Positions 11,647-22,083 of a stretch of 64,000 nt of DNA are shown one piece after another. The stretch's first letter is position 1, and every line of letters begins with the position of its first letter. The notes under the pieces are model-generated. The model worked only from the letters and a program-made list of their open reading frames with translations, did not search any database and had not been told where the DNA came from. The DNA is from a virus. The translations under genes and the position numbers were made by a program. The stretch lies in IMG/VR virus record IMGVR_UViG_3300047508_000265, positions 19,127 to 83,126 of that record, one strand, 5' to 3'.

Positions 11647-12939
11647 TTATTGCGGTAAGATATTCGGTAGACTCTTCTTCAATACATCAATGAAGCTCGC
11701 ACTCTCTGCGGGTTTCGCAGAAGCCGGTGCGGGAGCAGGAGGAGCGCCGCCGCCAGCAGGGGGTGTGCCACCACGCAATTTGGTAACCTCTTCCTCTAAG
11801 TCTTGGTTACTTTTGACCAAGTCAGCAACAAGACCGAGAGTCATATCCAAAGCTTCCTTCTTATAAAGAGCCTCGGCGATAGCGCTATTAGGCATACGAG
11901 CAACGTCTACAGCTTGAACTCGTGCAATCGCCTGCTGCATATTTGTATCCCAAGCAGCATCCTTGGTAATGCCAAAGATAGGAATGTTCTGGGCGAGATT
12001 CTTTAGAGTATCCGTGAGTGCGCTCTTCCAATTCGCCTGATATTCCTGCACCGCTTGATCGTTGGCTTGTTTAGCAGTTCGCCTGTTCTCCTCAAGTTTC
12101 TGCATCGCAAACTCAAGAACCTGTTGCTTCTCTACATTCAATCGGTCGTAATCAAGCACAGATCGATCGAACCCAGTCATATCTAGGCGATTAAAGCCCG
12201 CGGATAATTCGGACAATTTATCGCTTCTTACAGTTTGATCGGGCTCCATCAACGCCGAACGCAATTCAGTAGGATCGATCTTATATTTAGTAGAATACGC
12301 CTTGAAGCTGTTCTCGACAGTCTCAAGCGGCTTGGCGATCTTGTTCTGGAACTCTTCAGTATTCTGATAATCTACAATCGACAAGCGTTTCTCATAATCA
12401 TTTACTTTGTCTTGGAGTAGTTTGACCTCGGCTTCATTTACCGGCGGAGCTTGTGACGCCGAAGAAAGCTTCTGTTCCGCCTCGGCAAGTTTCGCCTCTG
12501 AATCTTTCAGATTTCTTCGAAGAATCTTAAACGCCGTTCCCGCAGCGACCGTCATCTTGCTCTGGGCAGCATCTAACTGTGCTTCTGTGGGAGCCGCCGC
12601 TGTCGCACCGGTGGCGCCAGTTTCAGCCGTAGGACCGGTAGCGCCCGTATCAGCCGCTGCTGTCGCACCGGTAGCAGCCGTATCACCTGTCGCACCAGTC
12701 TCTGCAGTAGCTCCTGTGGCCGCGGTATCGCCTGTAGCGCCGGTCGGAGCCGGTTCTGCAGCCGCTGTAGCGCCGGTAGCACCAGTGTCAGCAGCCGCTG
12801 TAGCGCCGGTTGGAGCCGGTTCGTTTTCTAAATTTCCTTTTGCTGGCAGGGCTTCTGGCGGAATAACGCCTCCTGGGTAAGCTGCTGCTAAAGCGGCTTC
12901 GAATGATGTAACGGCGGTATTTGTGACGGGTTCGGGCAT
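11647..12939 (-). CDS. Capsid scaffolding protein with TGAT-rich N-terminal repeats
   Basis: Lies between portal and MCP; acidic/coiled-coil body, Pro/Ala linker and short C-terminal helix. Confidence 0.7.
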   Translation of the reverse strand: MPEPVTNTAVTSFEAALAAAYPGGVIPPEALPAKGNLENEPAPTGATAAADTGATGATAAAEPAPTGATGDTAATGATAETGATGDTAATGATAAADTGATGPTAETGATGATAAAPTEAQLDAAQSKMTVAAGTAFKILRRNLKDSEAKLAEAEQKLSSASQAPPVNEAEVKLLQDKVNDYEKRLSIVDYQNTEEFQNKIAKPLETVENSFKAYSTKYKIDPTELRSALMEPDQTVRSDKLSELSAGFNRLDMTGFDRSVLDYDRLNVEKQQVLEFAMQKLEENRRTAKQANDQAVQEYQANWKSALTDTLKNLAQNIPIFGITKDAAWDTNMQQAIARVQAVDVARMPNSAIAEALYKKEALDMTLGLVADLVKSNQDLEEEVTKLRGGTPPAGGGAPPAPAPASAKPAESASFIDVLKKSLPNILPQ

Positions 12940-12940
12940 A

Positions 12941-13270
12941 TTAAACGACTACCTTTCCTTCTAGGATTTCTTGTGCTCTTTCTTCGACATTGCCTGAATC
13001 CCATGGTTTTCGGTCAGGCATGCGATGAACATTTAGTTCAGCAAGTTTAAGTAAATTTTGAAGCGCAGCCTCGTATCCAGCTTTCTTAGCGCCGTATACT
13101 GCGTAGACTTCCATTAAATTAGGAGCGCTTAAAGGAGGAGAACCAGAAGCTTCGTAAAGTTGTTCTTTAACGATTGCCAATGCATCGACAAATGCAGGCT
13201 GTTGCATTAACTCGGCGAGTTCTCTACGTCTTGTTGGAGATTCTTTCCACTGATCTAATAATGAGGGCAT
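12941..13270 (-). CDS. Hypothetical protein between portal and scaffold
   Basis: ATG ORF in the head-module position. Confidence 0.7.
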   Translation of the reverse strand: MPSLLDQWKESPTRRRELAELMQQPAFVDALAIVKEQLYEASGSPPLSAPNLMEVYAVYGAKKAGYEAALQNLLKLAELNVHRMPDRKPWDSGNVEERAQEILEGKVVV

Positions 13271-13329
13271 ACGATTATCTGAATTTACAGGCCCAATCTA
13301 GGGCGATGATTACTTATCTCACACGGAAT

Positions 13330-13464
13330 TTACTTGTCAACCAAAATCAGGATGCCCGCGAGAACGGCCACAATTCCAACAATTACAGCAGGAATTGGAA
13401 GACCGAACGAGACAAGCCCGAATAGGATCAAGAAAATTGCGAGAGCTATAGTTCCGAGTTTCAT
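13330..13464 (-). CDS. 44-aa two-TM small membrane protein (below ORF-track cutoff)
   Basis: MKLGTIALAIFLILFGLVSFGLPIPAVIVGIVAVLAGILILVDK. Confidence 0.6.
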   Translation of the reverse strand: MKLGTIALAIFLILFGLVSFGLPIPAVIVGIVAVLAGILILVDK

Positions 13465-13475
13465 AAGCACCAACA

Positions 13476-15719
13476 CTACGCAGTTTGTTTAGCTTGTCCA
13501 CTAACTTTTTGAGCCGCGGCGGCGTCCGCTAACGCTCGCGCCTGCGCTGCCGTAGCCGCCTTCTCTTTCATAGTTGATTGATGAAGTTCTTCTCGATGCC
13601 GTATCTTCTGACTGTGCTCCTCTTGGGATTGACGGAGATTCTGAGCATGCTCATTCTCAGCCGCTTGAGAAGCAGGATCGGGCGGAGGAGGTTGAGTCGC
13701 AGCTTTAATCTGATCTTTCATCGCCTGCCGCTTGGCCCTATCGTCCGCTGCAGAAGTGCGCTCGGCTAAATTATTAAATTTCCTAGTCAACTCAGCAACT
13801 AACTTCTCCTGCAATTTATCCGGTTTCAAAAGCTGCATATGCTGCGCGGAATGTTTCGTCTTCAATATCGCCACCTGCAAAAGTTGCGGGGTGGCCTGAC
13901 CCTGTTCAAGTTGAACTAAGTCGTTCTCCAAACTGGGTAAATGCGCCTGTAGATGAAGAATATGATGATCGTTGGGCATGACCGACATAGGAACACCATT
14001 ACTCATTGCGACATTTTGGAGTTCGGCAATCTCGGCATCAAGCGGAGTCCGGCCATTCATTTGAATTGAAGGAACAAATTCGTCTACTTGTGCGTATCCT
14101 ACCTTTTGAGCAAACTTAGCACGAAGCAAATTATTCTGGCCCACTGGATCAAGGGAACCCCAATAATCCATAAAGTCATCGAACGCAGCCTCTCTCGCTG
14201 CGGGCGAACCATACCCAACTGCACGATAAGGTTCCACCCAAGAAGTGAGATCCATTAGCATGACTTCAGGAACGCCTCGCCTCATACATCTTTCTCTATA
14301 GGCGAAAACTTGTATGCCTCCAGGATCGTTTTGCTTTAGCTTTGGATTTTTAACTCGCCGCCATACCTCGTTCAGGTGGCGCTTCCATGGCTGATAGAAA
14401 AGATTCAAGGACGCTGTTGGAAGAACTGACTCCTCGGCGATATCCGCTCGCTTCTCGAATTTGGTTTTTCTCTGATCGCCACTTTGCTTCTGATTTACAT
14501 TAGGCTGCTGATCCTGCAGCAACATAGACATGTCCTGAATAATTGGAAGCATGCTATCAGATGGATTCTGAAGTTTTGTCTGAACCACATTAACCTCAGG
14601 TGGGATATAGACCACACCACCGTACCAAATCAAAGCCATATCCTCCGCCTCAGTAGCTGACTTAGGCTGAATAATCATGCTACCCGCCAATCGAGCGTTA
14701 TCTACCGATTGATTACGAACTGTGTTAAGAACCTGTGCTTCGGGATACCTTTCATGAGCTAGGCCCCTGACGGAATGCAACTGACCGTTGGTCCCAACCT
14801 CGTAAGGAAAAAAGTTGAAACATTGATTAACGTTCTCGAACCGATTTTCGTACTTGAATAAGTAGTCTTCATTATCGCCAAGGCGCAAAGTTAAGTAATA
14901 GGAAACTTTCCCGGAATATTCTTTCACCCAGCAGTGAGCTAACTTCACATACTCATTCGCCTTTGTAGCTGCAAAAATGTCGTTATTTTTAAGAATCGTT
15001 TCCCACTTTTCCCATTCTCCCTGCGACCAAACTGCCTGCTGATTGTACGCCTTTAATATCGCCTTATAAACTTCCGGCCTGTTCCAACGCTTATCTCCGG
15101 GATCGCTTTGCATACACCATTGATAAAGAGTAGATACTGTAACCTCTCGAAATGCTACAGCGATATCTACTTCCTCTTCAGCAAGTGTAGTTCCGCGAGC
15201 CATCTTAAAGTCCTCCATACCCGCAACTCGCCACTGCCAATTCAAGTCGTCCTGAAAATACAGAAATCCCATACCATGAGTAACAAATTTCTGAACAAGC
15301 AATTGATGGTACGTTTCAAAAGACGACCAATCCTTTAACATCTTATGAAATTCTTCCGACATGACGGAACACCACTCTGATCGCTTAGTGGGATCAACGT
15401 CCATGTTAGAATTCACACGAGCCAATACTGGAACTGATTCAGTTAGATCATAATAAGATACACACTCTCGTTTTACTCTACGCTTAAGATCAAGGAAGTT
15501 TAAGTTAGCACGACCTTCTTGTCCCGAATCTCGCATATACTGTTCATCATATGGCGCCTTGCCATCAACTGCAGCCTGTATGTCCTGTCGCTGCAAGGCA
15601 GAAATTAAATCCAACTCAACAATCTTCTTGACAATATTGTTAAGAGACCCAACATCGGCGATACGCGTTTTAGGGGCTTTGCCGGTTTCTGTTATTTGAG
15701 CGAAGTTAAAATCTGCGAT
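13476..15719 (-). CDS. Portal protein; start probably non-canonical (ATC 15719) upstream of the track's TTG 15614
   Basis: About 750 aa directly downstream of TerL/HNH, C-terminal DHHILH..AH and coiled tail; frame is open a further 35 codons upstream to ATC preceded by GGAAGG. Confidence 0.75.
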   Translation of the reverse strand: MADFNFAQITETGKAPKTRIADVGSLNNIVKKIVELDLISALQRQDIQAAVDGKAPYDEQYMRDSGQEGRANLNFLDLKRRVKRECVSYYDLTESVPVLARVNSNMDVDPTKRSEWCSVMSEEFHKMLKDWSSFETYHQLLVQKFVTHGMGFLYFQDDLNWQWRVAGMEDFKMARGTTLAEEEVDIAVAFREVTVSTLYQWCMQSDPGDKRWNRPEVYKAILKAYNQQAVWSQGEWEKWETILKNNDIFAATKANEYVKLAHCWVKEYSGKVSYYLTLRLGDNEDYLFKYENRFENVNQCFNFFPYEVGTNGQLHSVRGLAHERYPEAQVLNTVRNQSVDNARLAGSMIIQPKSATEAEDMALIWYGGVVYIPPEVNVVQTKLQNPSDSMLPIIQDMSMLLQDQQPNVNQKQSGDQRKTKFEKRADIAEESVLPTASLNLFYQPWKRHLNEVWRRVKNPKLKQNDPGGIQVFAYRERCMRRGVPEVMLMDLTSWVEPYRAVGYGSPAAREAAFDDFMDYWGSLDPVGQNNLLRAKFAQKVGYAQVDEFVPSIQMNGRTPLDAEIAELQNVAMSNGVPMSVMPNDHHILHLQAHLPSLENDLVQLEQGQATPQLLQVAILKTKHSAQHMQLLKPDKLQEKLVAELTRKFNNLAERTSAADDRAKRQAMKDQIKAATQPPPPDPASQAAENEHAQNLRQSQEEHSQKIRHREELHQSTMKEKAATAAQARALADAAAAQKVSGQAKQTA

Positions 15720-16173
15720 AAAAATCCCTTCCTTTAATTAGATTATCTCGGGCCCAAAGCGGCTGGGTATTGGTATAATGAAAGGCAGCTTTCTGACCAG
15801 CTAATGTAGTAAGGTCAAATTTACAAATTGGGATTTTGTGGTCAATGTGCCATTCACCATAATTTGTCCAAGACATCCCAGGAACAAACTGTCGCTCAAG
15901 AAAAGTTTTGTAAAAGTGATAAGAACAGCCCAACAACTCCTTAGTATGCCCCATTTTCAGTAATCCAGATACCGCTCTTCGCACACGTTCACGACAACTA
16001 TGTCGTAACTTAACTAAAGGTTTTTGTTTATATTTTCGACAAGCCGCTTTATGCTTTTCTGGATTAGCTAACTGCCAGCATTTACGGTATCCTTTAAATT
16101 CTTCAGGATGTCCTAATGCCCATAAATACTTGTACATTCTTCTTTCCAAATCAGTTAACTTGGCCATGATCAA
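15706..16173 (-). CDS. HNH/EndoVII-like homing endonuclease
   Basis: LLGCS...LERQF..GMSW.NYGEWHIDHKIP...FDL...AFHYTNTQPLWA.DN. Confidence 0.85.
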   Translation of the reverse strand: MIMAKLTDLERRMYKYLWALGHPEEFKGYRKCWQLANPEKHKAACRKYKQKPLVKLRHSCRERVRRAVSGLLKMGHTKELLGCSYHFYKTFLERQFVPGMSWTNYGEWHIDHKIPICKFDLTTLAGQKAAFHYTNTQPLWARDNLIKGRDFYRRF

Positions 16174-16204
16174 TTAATCTTAGGCGATGCCCCGATAAAG
16201 TCAA

Positions 16205-18019
16205 TTAGACTTCTGGATGGGCCCCCACTCGGATACGAGATAAGGCGGAAGGCCGAGCAAGTTTGGGATTACGCAATCTGCACAGCTCTCTCCAACTTCG
16301 CACAACTTTTTTTAAATTACTGTCGGGGGCAATCTTCATCGTAAATCCAAAACGTTCCCGTGCCAATGTGACAAGAATAAAACCCGCATCCGCAATATCG
16401 GGACTTCGATGGGTTCTAAATTTCATATCTGTTTTGCTCTCAGCGAAAATTCTTTTCTTAGCGCCAGTGGTTCCATACATTCGTATCACCATCTCTTGCG
16501 CCATCGCGGGGCATATGCCTTTAAGTTGTGACTGACGAAGTAATTCACGCCCGCTATACCAAATTTCCGAAACTCTATCATGATATTTTTCTTTGGCTGG
16601 AGTTGAATCAGTAAGGCTGACTGGAAACTCGCTAGCACTACCACCAAAGTTTACGCGAAGTATCAGAGGAGACCATACAGTAGCTACCACATCACAAAAT
16701 GGATTACCCGCCCCCGTATTATCTACTCCGCAATTATAAGGCGGAATATCTCGTTTCTCGCACTGTTCTTTTAACTGTCTGGCAATTTGAAAAGATCGTT
16801 CTTCTTTTGTGTTAGTGACATCTTCGGTTAACTCAAGGTATTCATCAAACTGTAATACTTTCTTTCCTTCTTTATCCTGACCCAAGGTTCCAAAATATAA
16901 AATTGATCGATCGCCGCCATTCGTAAATCCGGGATCCAAGGCTGCTATACGAATAAGCGGAGAATCCCCCCAAACAGCGGGCTCGTCACCCTTAAACTTC
17001 ACAATATCAACTTGTGAATAAATCAAATCGGCTTGACCCATAGGCGAAGGGAAACCGCGAATCATACGCCAGAAACGCAGGGAATTTGCACCACCCTCAG
17101 ACGCTAGCGCCGCATCAATCTTCTCTTGGGTTGGAAGAAACGACAGTCCCGTATTTGGCGCCTTATAAATTACCTCAGGAATGTTAGGCGATTTCATTCC
17201 ATCTAAATGCAAGGCGATACCGTATTCAGTTTCCCAGCGAGTATCCTCTACAGTGATAGAAGTCCAACCAGCTTTCGGTTTCCAGATTCGAGCAAAGCTA
17301 TCATAATAAGAGGCTGGATTCGCCAACCCAATCACTTGATACTTGGGATTTGAAGAAAGATTTCCACCGGGAAGCGCATACTCTATAATTGACTCAGGCA
17401 ATTCTGTAAGCTCATCCGCCACTACAATCACCTCATCTTGGTGTTTTCCAATCAACTTTCCAATCGCCTCTTTTTCCTGTTTTCGTTCACCAGCGATTAA
17501 GCATAGACAAGCCCGCTCTCCCGCCTTAAACGTAGGTGAATTGTAACGAATTATGCCGGTTGCCATAGCTTCCAACGGCAAAACCCCCTTTGGAATTGCA
17601 TGAACGAAGTCTACGGCAGAACCCCAAATACGTTGTTTCGCCTCCTTTAGGGAAGTGGATATGGCAAAACCAAGAGTACGGCGAGCATTAGATAAATACT
17701 TTACAAGCAACCACAAAGCCGCGGTTTCTGATTTTGTCGAACCACTGGCGCCGCCAACAGCAACATATTTGTAGGAGCACAATTCATCCACAATATCCTC
17801 GGACCAAGGATTTTTGATGAAGTATTTGGAGGTATTGTGAACTGGATTATTAACGCCCCAGAGATAAGCCACAATCTCCCAAAAATGTCCCGCCTGCCCA
17901 AGACCACCCTGTTCTTTAGTTCGACCTATTTTGAAGCAATGCAAGGCTATGTCGAGATTTGTCCACTTCTGGGGAAACATCAATCCATATTTTTGTCTGC
18001 GCTGCATTCCCTGTATCAT
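16205..18019 (-). CDS. terL: Terminase large subunit
   Basis: Walker A GGASGSTKS, Walker B VVADE, coupling motif LANP, nuclease motifs ALDPG and SPDIADA. Confidence 0.9.
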   Translation of the reverse strand: MIQGMQRRQKYGLMFPQKWTNLDIALHCFKIGRTKEQGGLGQAGHFWEIVAYLWGVNNPVHNTSKYFIKNPWSEDIVDELCSYKYVAVGGASGSTKSETAALWLLVKYLSNARRTLGFAISTSLKEAKQRIWGSAVDFVHAIPKGVLPLEAMATGIIRYNSPTFKAGERACLCLIAGERKQEKEAIGKLIGKHQDEVIVVADELTELPESIIEYALPGGNLSSNPKYQVIGLANPASYYDSFARIWKPKAGWTSITVEDTRWETEYGIALHLDGMKSPNIPEVIYKAPNTGLSFLPTQEKIDAALASEGGANSLRFWRMIRGFPSPMGQADLIYSQVDIVKFKGDEPAVWGDSPLIRIAALDPGFTNGGDRSILYFGTLGQDKEGKKVLQFDEYLELTEDVTNTKEERSFQIARQLKEQCEKRDIPPYNCGVDNTGAGNPFCDVVATVWSPLILRVNFGGSASEFPVSLTDSTPAKEKYHDRVSEIWYSGRELLRQSQLKGICPAMAQEMVIRMYGTTGAKKRIFAESKTDMKFRTHRSPDIADAGFILVTLARERFGFTMKIAPDSNLKKVVRSWRELCRLRNPKLARPSALSRIRVGAHPEV

Positions 18020-18031
18020 ATCACGAAAGGC

Positions 18032-18060
18032 TTGACTTTCATCCCAAAATTTGAGATAAT
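18032..18060 (+). promoter_or_regulatory. Middle-block promoter TTGACT-N17-GATAAT
   Basis: Shares AATTTGAGATAATA with the promoters at 24296 and 36261. Confidence 0.75.
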
Positions 18061-18268
18061 AGAAGACACTTAGAAATGAACTATTTTATCGCAGGATTTC
18101 TCGTTGGTGGTTTTTTCGTATTATTTTTCTGGATAATTAGCGATTTACGAAAATGATTAAATGTTTCTTTCATATACACAAATGGAGCTATTTTGTCGAT
18201 GGCAGCGTAAGACAATGTAGACGATGTGGTAAGTGGCAATATCAAATTTTTACACGATTACGTTGGGT

Positions 18269-18709
18269 ATGATAGCAATTGATCCAGGACAGTCCGGCGG
18301 GATAGCCTCAAATGAAGAGCCCGGCGATATCGTCGCGTGGGCAATGCCAAAAACCGATAGAGAAATAGCAGATCGTTTGAGCCCCGGGGCAAATCCAATA
18401 GCTTATCTTGAAGACCTTGTAAAATTTACAGGTAGAAATATGCCCTCCTCAGCTATGGCGGTTTACGCTTCTAACTGGGGGTTTATCAAAGGAGTGCTAA
18501 CGGCAAGAGGTTTTCGTATAGTAATTATACATCCCAAAACATGGCAGAAAGCTCTCGGCCTTGGGACTACAAAAAGCCTCTCTCGAACAGAATGGAAAAA
18601 TAAATTGAAACAAAAAGCAGAACAACTCTATCCAAAAATCAAAGTGACTTTGGCAACGGCAGACGCTTTACTAATTCTTGAAGCCGCCCGAAGAGGTGCC
18701 CTAGGATGA
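18269..18709 (+). CDS. RuvC-like Holliday junction resolvase
   Basis: IAIDPGQSGGIA, YLED, P..WQK, ADALLI. Confidence 0.85.
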   Translation: MIAIDPGQSGGIASNEEPGDIVAWAMPKTDREIADRLSPGANPIAYLEDLVKFTGRNMPSSAMAVYASNWGFIKGVLTARGFRIVIIHPKTWQKALGLGTTKSLSRTEWKNKLKQKAEQLYPKIKVTLATADALLILEAARRGALG

Positions 18710-18999
18710 AAGTCTTATTTATTGGGGGACAAATGGATGGGTATCGTCGAGATTGGCCCGCTTCCCGAGACCAAATAGCGAATTTCGCCATTCGTTGTCC
18801 GGGTCCATTTAATGCAGCTTTTGCAACAGCGCACTGTGATCAAGCAGTTAGTTTTAAAACTGATACATATACTCTTCGACAATTCGCAGAAGGCGACAAC
18901 AGGTATTTCGTTGCAGCGCATCCAAGCGTCAAGAATACAATGGAGAAGTTAATCAAGGGCTACCACGGTCACCGACATGGACGATCAAGGCGAGTATAG
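18706..18999 (+). CDS. Hypothetical protein
   Basis: ATGA-coupled; FIGG..DG start. Confidence 0.6.
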   Translation: MKVLFIGGQMDGYRRDWPASRDQIANFAIRCPGPFNAAFATAHCDQAVSFKTDTYTLRQFAEGDNRYFVAAHPSVKNTMEKLIKGYHGHRHGRSRRV

Positions 19000-19189
19000 G
19001 GCTTACAGGAAGCAGACAGGTTGGGGGAAGGGTGACGTCCAGAGGCCCCGACAAATTAGTAGAAAAGAGTTCGAGGATAACTGGGATTTGATAGACTGGG
19101 GAAAAGTACCAAGACGATCACAAAGCTTTCTTAAATCTTCTCATGCGCCCGCGGAATCAGATGCATTTCGAAGAGCGACAGGCAAATGA
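18977..19189 (+). CDS. Hypothetical protein
   Basis: GKGD..RP.......DNWD.I motif; coupled to the next gene. Confidence 0.55.
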   Translation: MDDQGEYRAYRKQTGWGKGDVQRPRQISRKEFEDNWDLIDWGKVPRRSQSFLKSSHAPAESDAFRRATGK

Positions 19190-19923
19190 ACCATAGCTGC
19201 ATTGTTCGATCTCATGGGGCAGGGCTGTTCTCAAACATCAACAAAATTCTAGTATGTTCGAGAATTTACGATCATGTGCATGTAGATTGGAGTGTCGTTG
19301 ATCACAATGACGCCGCATACAAATACGGAGGTAGTTTTTACGGCGATTGCTGGAATGTTTTATTCGAACCAACTATTGCGCCCGATCCCCCATTCGATTC
19401 GATTTGGGAATACCCTTTTTACGAAATCACGGCTGGCTGTGCGGGCGTCTTATACCAAAACGAGCAATGGAATTGGAGACAACGATACAACAACGAATGG
19501 AAAAAGCTCACCTGTAAAGTGCAAGGGCTTCCAGTCGAGCCTAATACCGTGGGAGTCTTGATTCGTAGTGAGGCTCTTGGAGGCGAACAACTTTCAGGAC
19601 GAAGTCCTACACTGGAACAATATGCTGCGTCAATCGACAAAAACGCTAATCTGTTCGTTGTATCAAGCGATCAAGAAAGTCTTTCATGGTTTTGCAATCA
19701 GTATCCAAATACGAAATTTACTGAAGGGATTAAACGAAATGCCAAACGTTCCGATCGAGAACAGCACATTCATATTCCGCAAACTAAAGAGGATGCAGTG
19801 CAGGTAATGCAAGAAGTGCTAACTCTAGCAAATTGCCAAACCCTTGTCCATCCAGTTTCAAATATGGCAACCGCGGCGCTCTATATGAATTTGAATCTGA
19901 AAAGTATTTTCGTAAAATCATAA
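19186..19923 (+). CDS. NodZ/O-fucosyltransferase-like (GT-B) glycosyltransferase
   Basis: GAGLFSN, VGVLIR, LFVVSSD, E...LANC..LV...SN...AA. Confidence 0.7.
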   Translation: MNHSCIVRSHGAGLFSNINKILVCSRIYDHVHVDWSVVDHNDAAYKYGGSFYGDCWNVLFEPTIAPDPPFDSIWEYPFYEITAGCAGVLYQNEQWNWRQRYNNEWKKLTCKVQGLPVEPNTVGVLIRSEALGGEQLSGRSPTLEQYAASIDKNANLFVVSSDQESLSWFCNQYPNTKFTEGIKRNAKRSDREQHIHIPQTKEDAVQVMQEVLTLANCQTLVHPVSNMATAALYMNLNLKSIFVKS

Positions 19924-19925
19924 TC

Positions 19926-20570
19926 ATGCTCAACCTATCTAACATAACTTTAGTGTGTTTTGAGGCACGGCATTTCAAACGGGCTCTAGCATTCATGAAT
20001 GACATGTTAGACTTCGCAATCTGGGGCGGCATGCGTTGGTACAACCATCATGATAGCTACAAAGATTTTTGGTATTCTGAACTAGAGGCCCACAAAATCG
20101 TTCATACATCTCACATGATGTATACCCATTTGGATGGGTTTCCTGTTAACTCGGAAGTATGGGACCCAAAATGGTTGGAATATGACTACATTGGCGCACC
20201 TTGGCCTGAAGGTTGGCAACCTTATCGAGTAGGAAACGGCGGCTTTTCTCTTAGAACTAAAAAATTAGCGGCAAGATTAGAAGAATTATCGCAGGGACAG
20301 ACAGATATCGTAAATGATATTCTTGTTAGCGTTACTCATAGAAAACAACTAGAACGAGAGGGCTTCAAATTCGCACCAATCGCAGAAGCAGCAAAATTTT
20401 CTGTAGAATTTGCAGTAGCTGAGACCCCCAAAAAGACTTTTGGTTTTCACGGTTATTGGCCAGACCCTACGCAAACCCCTCCACCATATTTTACTCTCAG
20501 CGGCTGCATGATTCCTAAACCCGATGCAAAAATTGATAGTTGGGATTTCTTTTGCAAAACTAAGAAATGA
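19926..20570 (+). CDS. DUF5672-like glycosyltransferase-associated protein
   Basis: YDYIGAPW...VGNGGFSLR...A.KFSVE...FGFH. Confidence 0.8.
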   Translation: MLNLSNITLVCFEARHFKRALAFMNDMLDFAIWGGMRWYNHHDSYKDFWYSELEAHKIVHTSHMMYTHLDGFPVNSEVWDPKWLEYDYIGAPWPEGWQPYRVGNGGFSLRTKKLAARLEELSQGQTDIVNDILVSVTHRKQLEREGFKFAPIAEAAKFSVEFAVAETPKKTFGFHGYWPDPTQTPPPYFTLSGCMIPKPDAKIDSWDFFCKTKK

Positions 20571-21430
20571 ATATTTACCATCATTCCGGCGATATTGGTG
20601 ACGTAATCGCAAGCATGCCGGTTATGCGCGAATTGGGCGATGGTAAACTAATAATCAGTGAAACCTCTTACCCGCCAGGAAAAAATCCAGCAAGAAGCAT
20701 GCGAGGAAAAAGATTCGAAGCACTGCAGCCAATGTGGGAAGCCGCGCCTTACGTCACTTCAATCGAATGGCAAGACCAACCGAAAGGCGTTACTCACGAC
20801 ATCGGAAGATTTAGAATGGAGGCAGCATGGACAGCAGGGGAAACCTTATACCATTGGCAAGGCAGAGCAATGAAAGTGAACTTGCCTGAAGCGCCGCAAC
20901 GATGGCTGCATGTCGAGGTTCCATACCATGATATGATTGTAATTGGCCGCACTGCCCGTTATCATACTCCTCACTTTCCTTGGCGATTGATAGTTGAAAA
21001 ATTCCATAACAACCTTTTATTTCTGGGTCTGCCGGAAGAATACAAAGCTTTTCGGGAAGAGTTTGGCAAAGTGGAATACCAGCTCACCAAAGATTTGCTG
21101 GAAGCCACCAAGATTATCGCAGGCTCCAAGTTATTTATCGGCAATCAATCTGTTTTGTTCTGGATAGCCGCGGGGCTCGCGCATCATCTGATTCAGGAAA
21201 CCTTTCACCAAATCTATTCACACGATTCCATAGTGCCAAGGCGGAACGCCTTATATGTCAATTCTGCAGAAGATCTGTTATTGGTACATACGACCTTGGG
21301 GCTCAGCACAGACTGGCTGAAAAAATACAATTTCCCAATTTCATCCCGCGTCAATCTCACCACAAGCGCAGGCGATCCCAGAAAAAACTTAACCACTTCC
21401 GCCGAGATATTTGAACTACTAAACTCATGA
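20567..21430 (+). CDS. GT9-like (heptosyltransferase-fold) glycosyltransferase
   Basis: HSGDIGDVI..MP and DLLE...II.GSKLFIGNQS. Confidence 0.7.
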   Translation: MNIYHHSGDIGDVIASMPVMRELGDGKLIISETSYPPGKNPARSMRGKRFEALQPMWEAAPYVTSIEWQDQPKGVTHDIGRFRMEAAWTAGETLYHWQGRAMKVNLPEAPQRWLHVEVPYHDMIVIGRTARYHTPHFPWRLIVEKFHNNLLFLGLPEEYKAFREEFGKVEYQLTKDLLEATKIIAGSKLFIGNQSVLFWIAAGLAHHLIQETFHQIYSHDSIVPRRNALYVNSAEDLLLVHTTLGLSTDWLKKYNFPISSRVNLTTSAGDPRKNLTTSAEIFELLNS

Positions 21431-22083
21431 AAGCTGTTACTTATTTTAACGAAGTGGAAAGTTTACACGATCCTGCCCTGCTTGAATTATGGAAAGCTTC
21501 ATGGGCAAAGTTTGGATGGGAGCCCGTGGTGCTTACTATCAAAGATGCCTTGGAAACTGACCCCGATATGGTGGAACGTTTTCAGAAATCTCCTCTACTA
21601 AAATCCCATCCCGGAAATCCATCCGGTTATGTTTGGGCTTGCTTAGTACGCTGGGTAGCGCAACTTAAAATAAAAGAGCCAAGCCTGCTGCTGGATTGGG
21701 ATGTTATATGTAACGGATACAAACCAGAAGACGCACCGAAAGAAACTAACGATTTTAGACCCGTATTTCTAGCTGGTGGTTTATGTCCATGCGCAGTTGC
21801 AGGAAGACATATGACTTGGCAAATGATTTGTGCTTGGCTAGAATTCGCACCCTTTGCCCCAAACTTTAGCACAGAAGCTTTGGCGAAAGACAACGCAGAC
21901 CAATATGCTATTGCTTACGTAATGCCTAAAGAATGGGCGATCGTCGATCCAAAATCTCCTTGTATAGCATATCAGAACGAAGGCTGGAAAACAGCGCCAA
22001 TGATTCATTTCCCAAATCAAGTAACAAGCTATCCGAGAAGTGAAGTAATTAAACATGAATTAGGGATATTAGGGAACAGTTGA
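21427..22083 (+). CDS. Putative GT-A glycosyltransferase (DxD)
   Basis: W..SW...GWEP.VL, C..RW.A, LLLDWDV, DQ, IHF. Confidence 0.6.
   Translation: MKAVTYFNEVESLHDPALLELWKASWAKFGWEPVVLTIKDALETDPDMVERFQKSPLLKSHPGNPSGYVWACLVRWVAQLKIKEPSLLLDWDVICNGYKPEDAPKETNDFRPVFLAGGLCPCAVAGRHMTWQMICAWLEFAPFAPNFSTEALAKDNADQYAIAYVMPKEWAIVDPKSPCIAYQNEGWKTAPMIHFPNQVTSYPRSEVIKHELGILGNS

Noticed and set aside
15706-16204. Intron carrying the HNH between terL and portal
   Set aside because: No group I R/S or group II domain V motifs; terL ends with its nuclease motif intact and the HNH has its own promoter-like sequence
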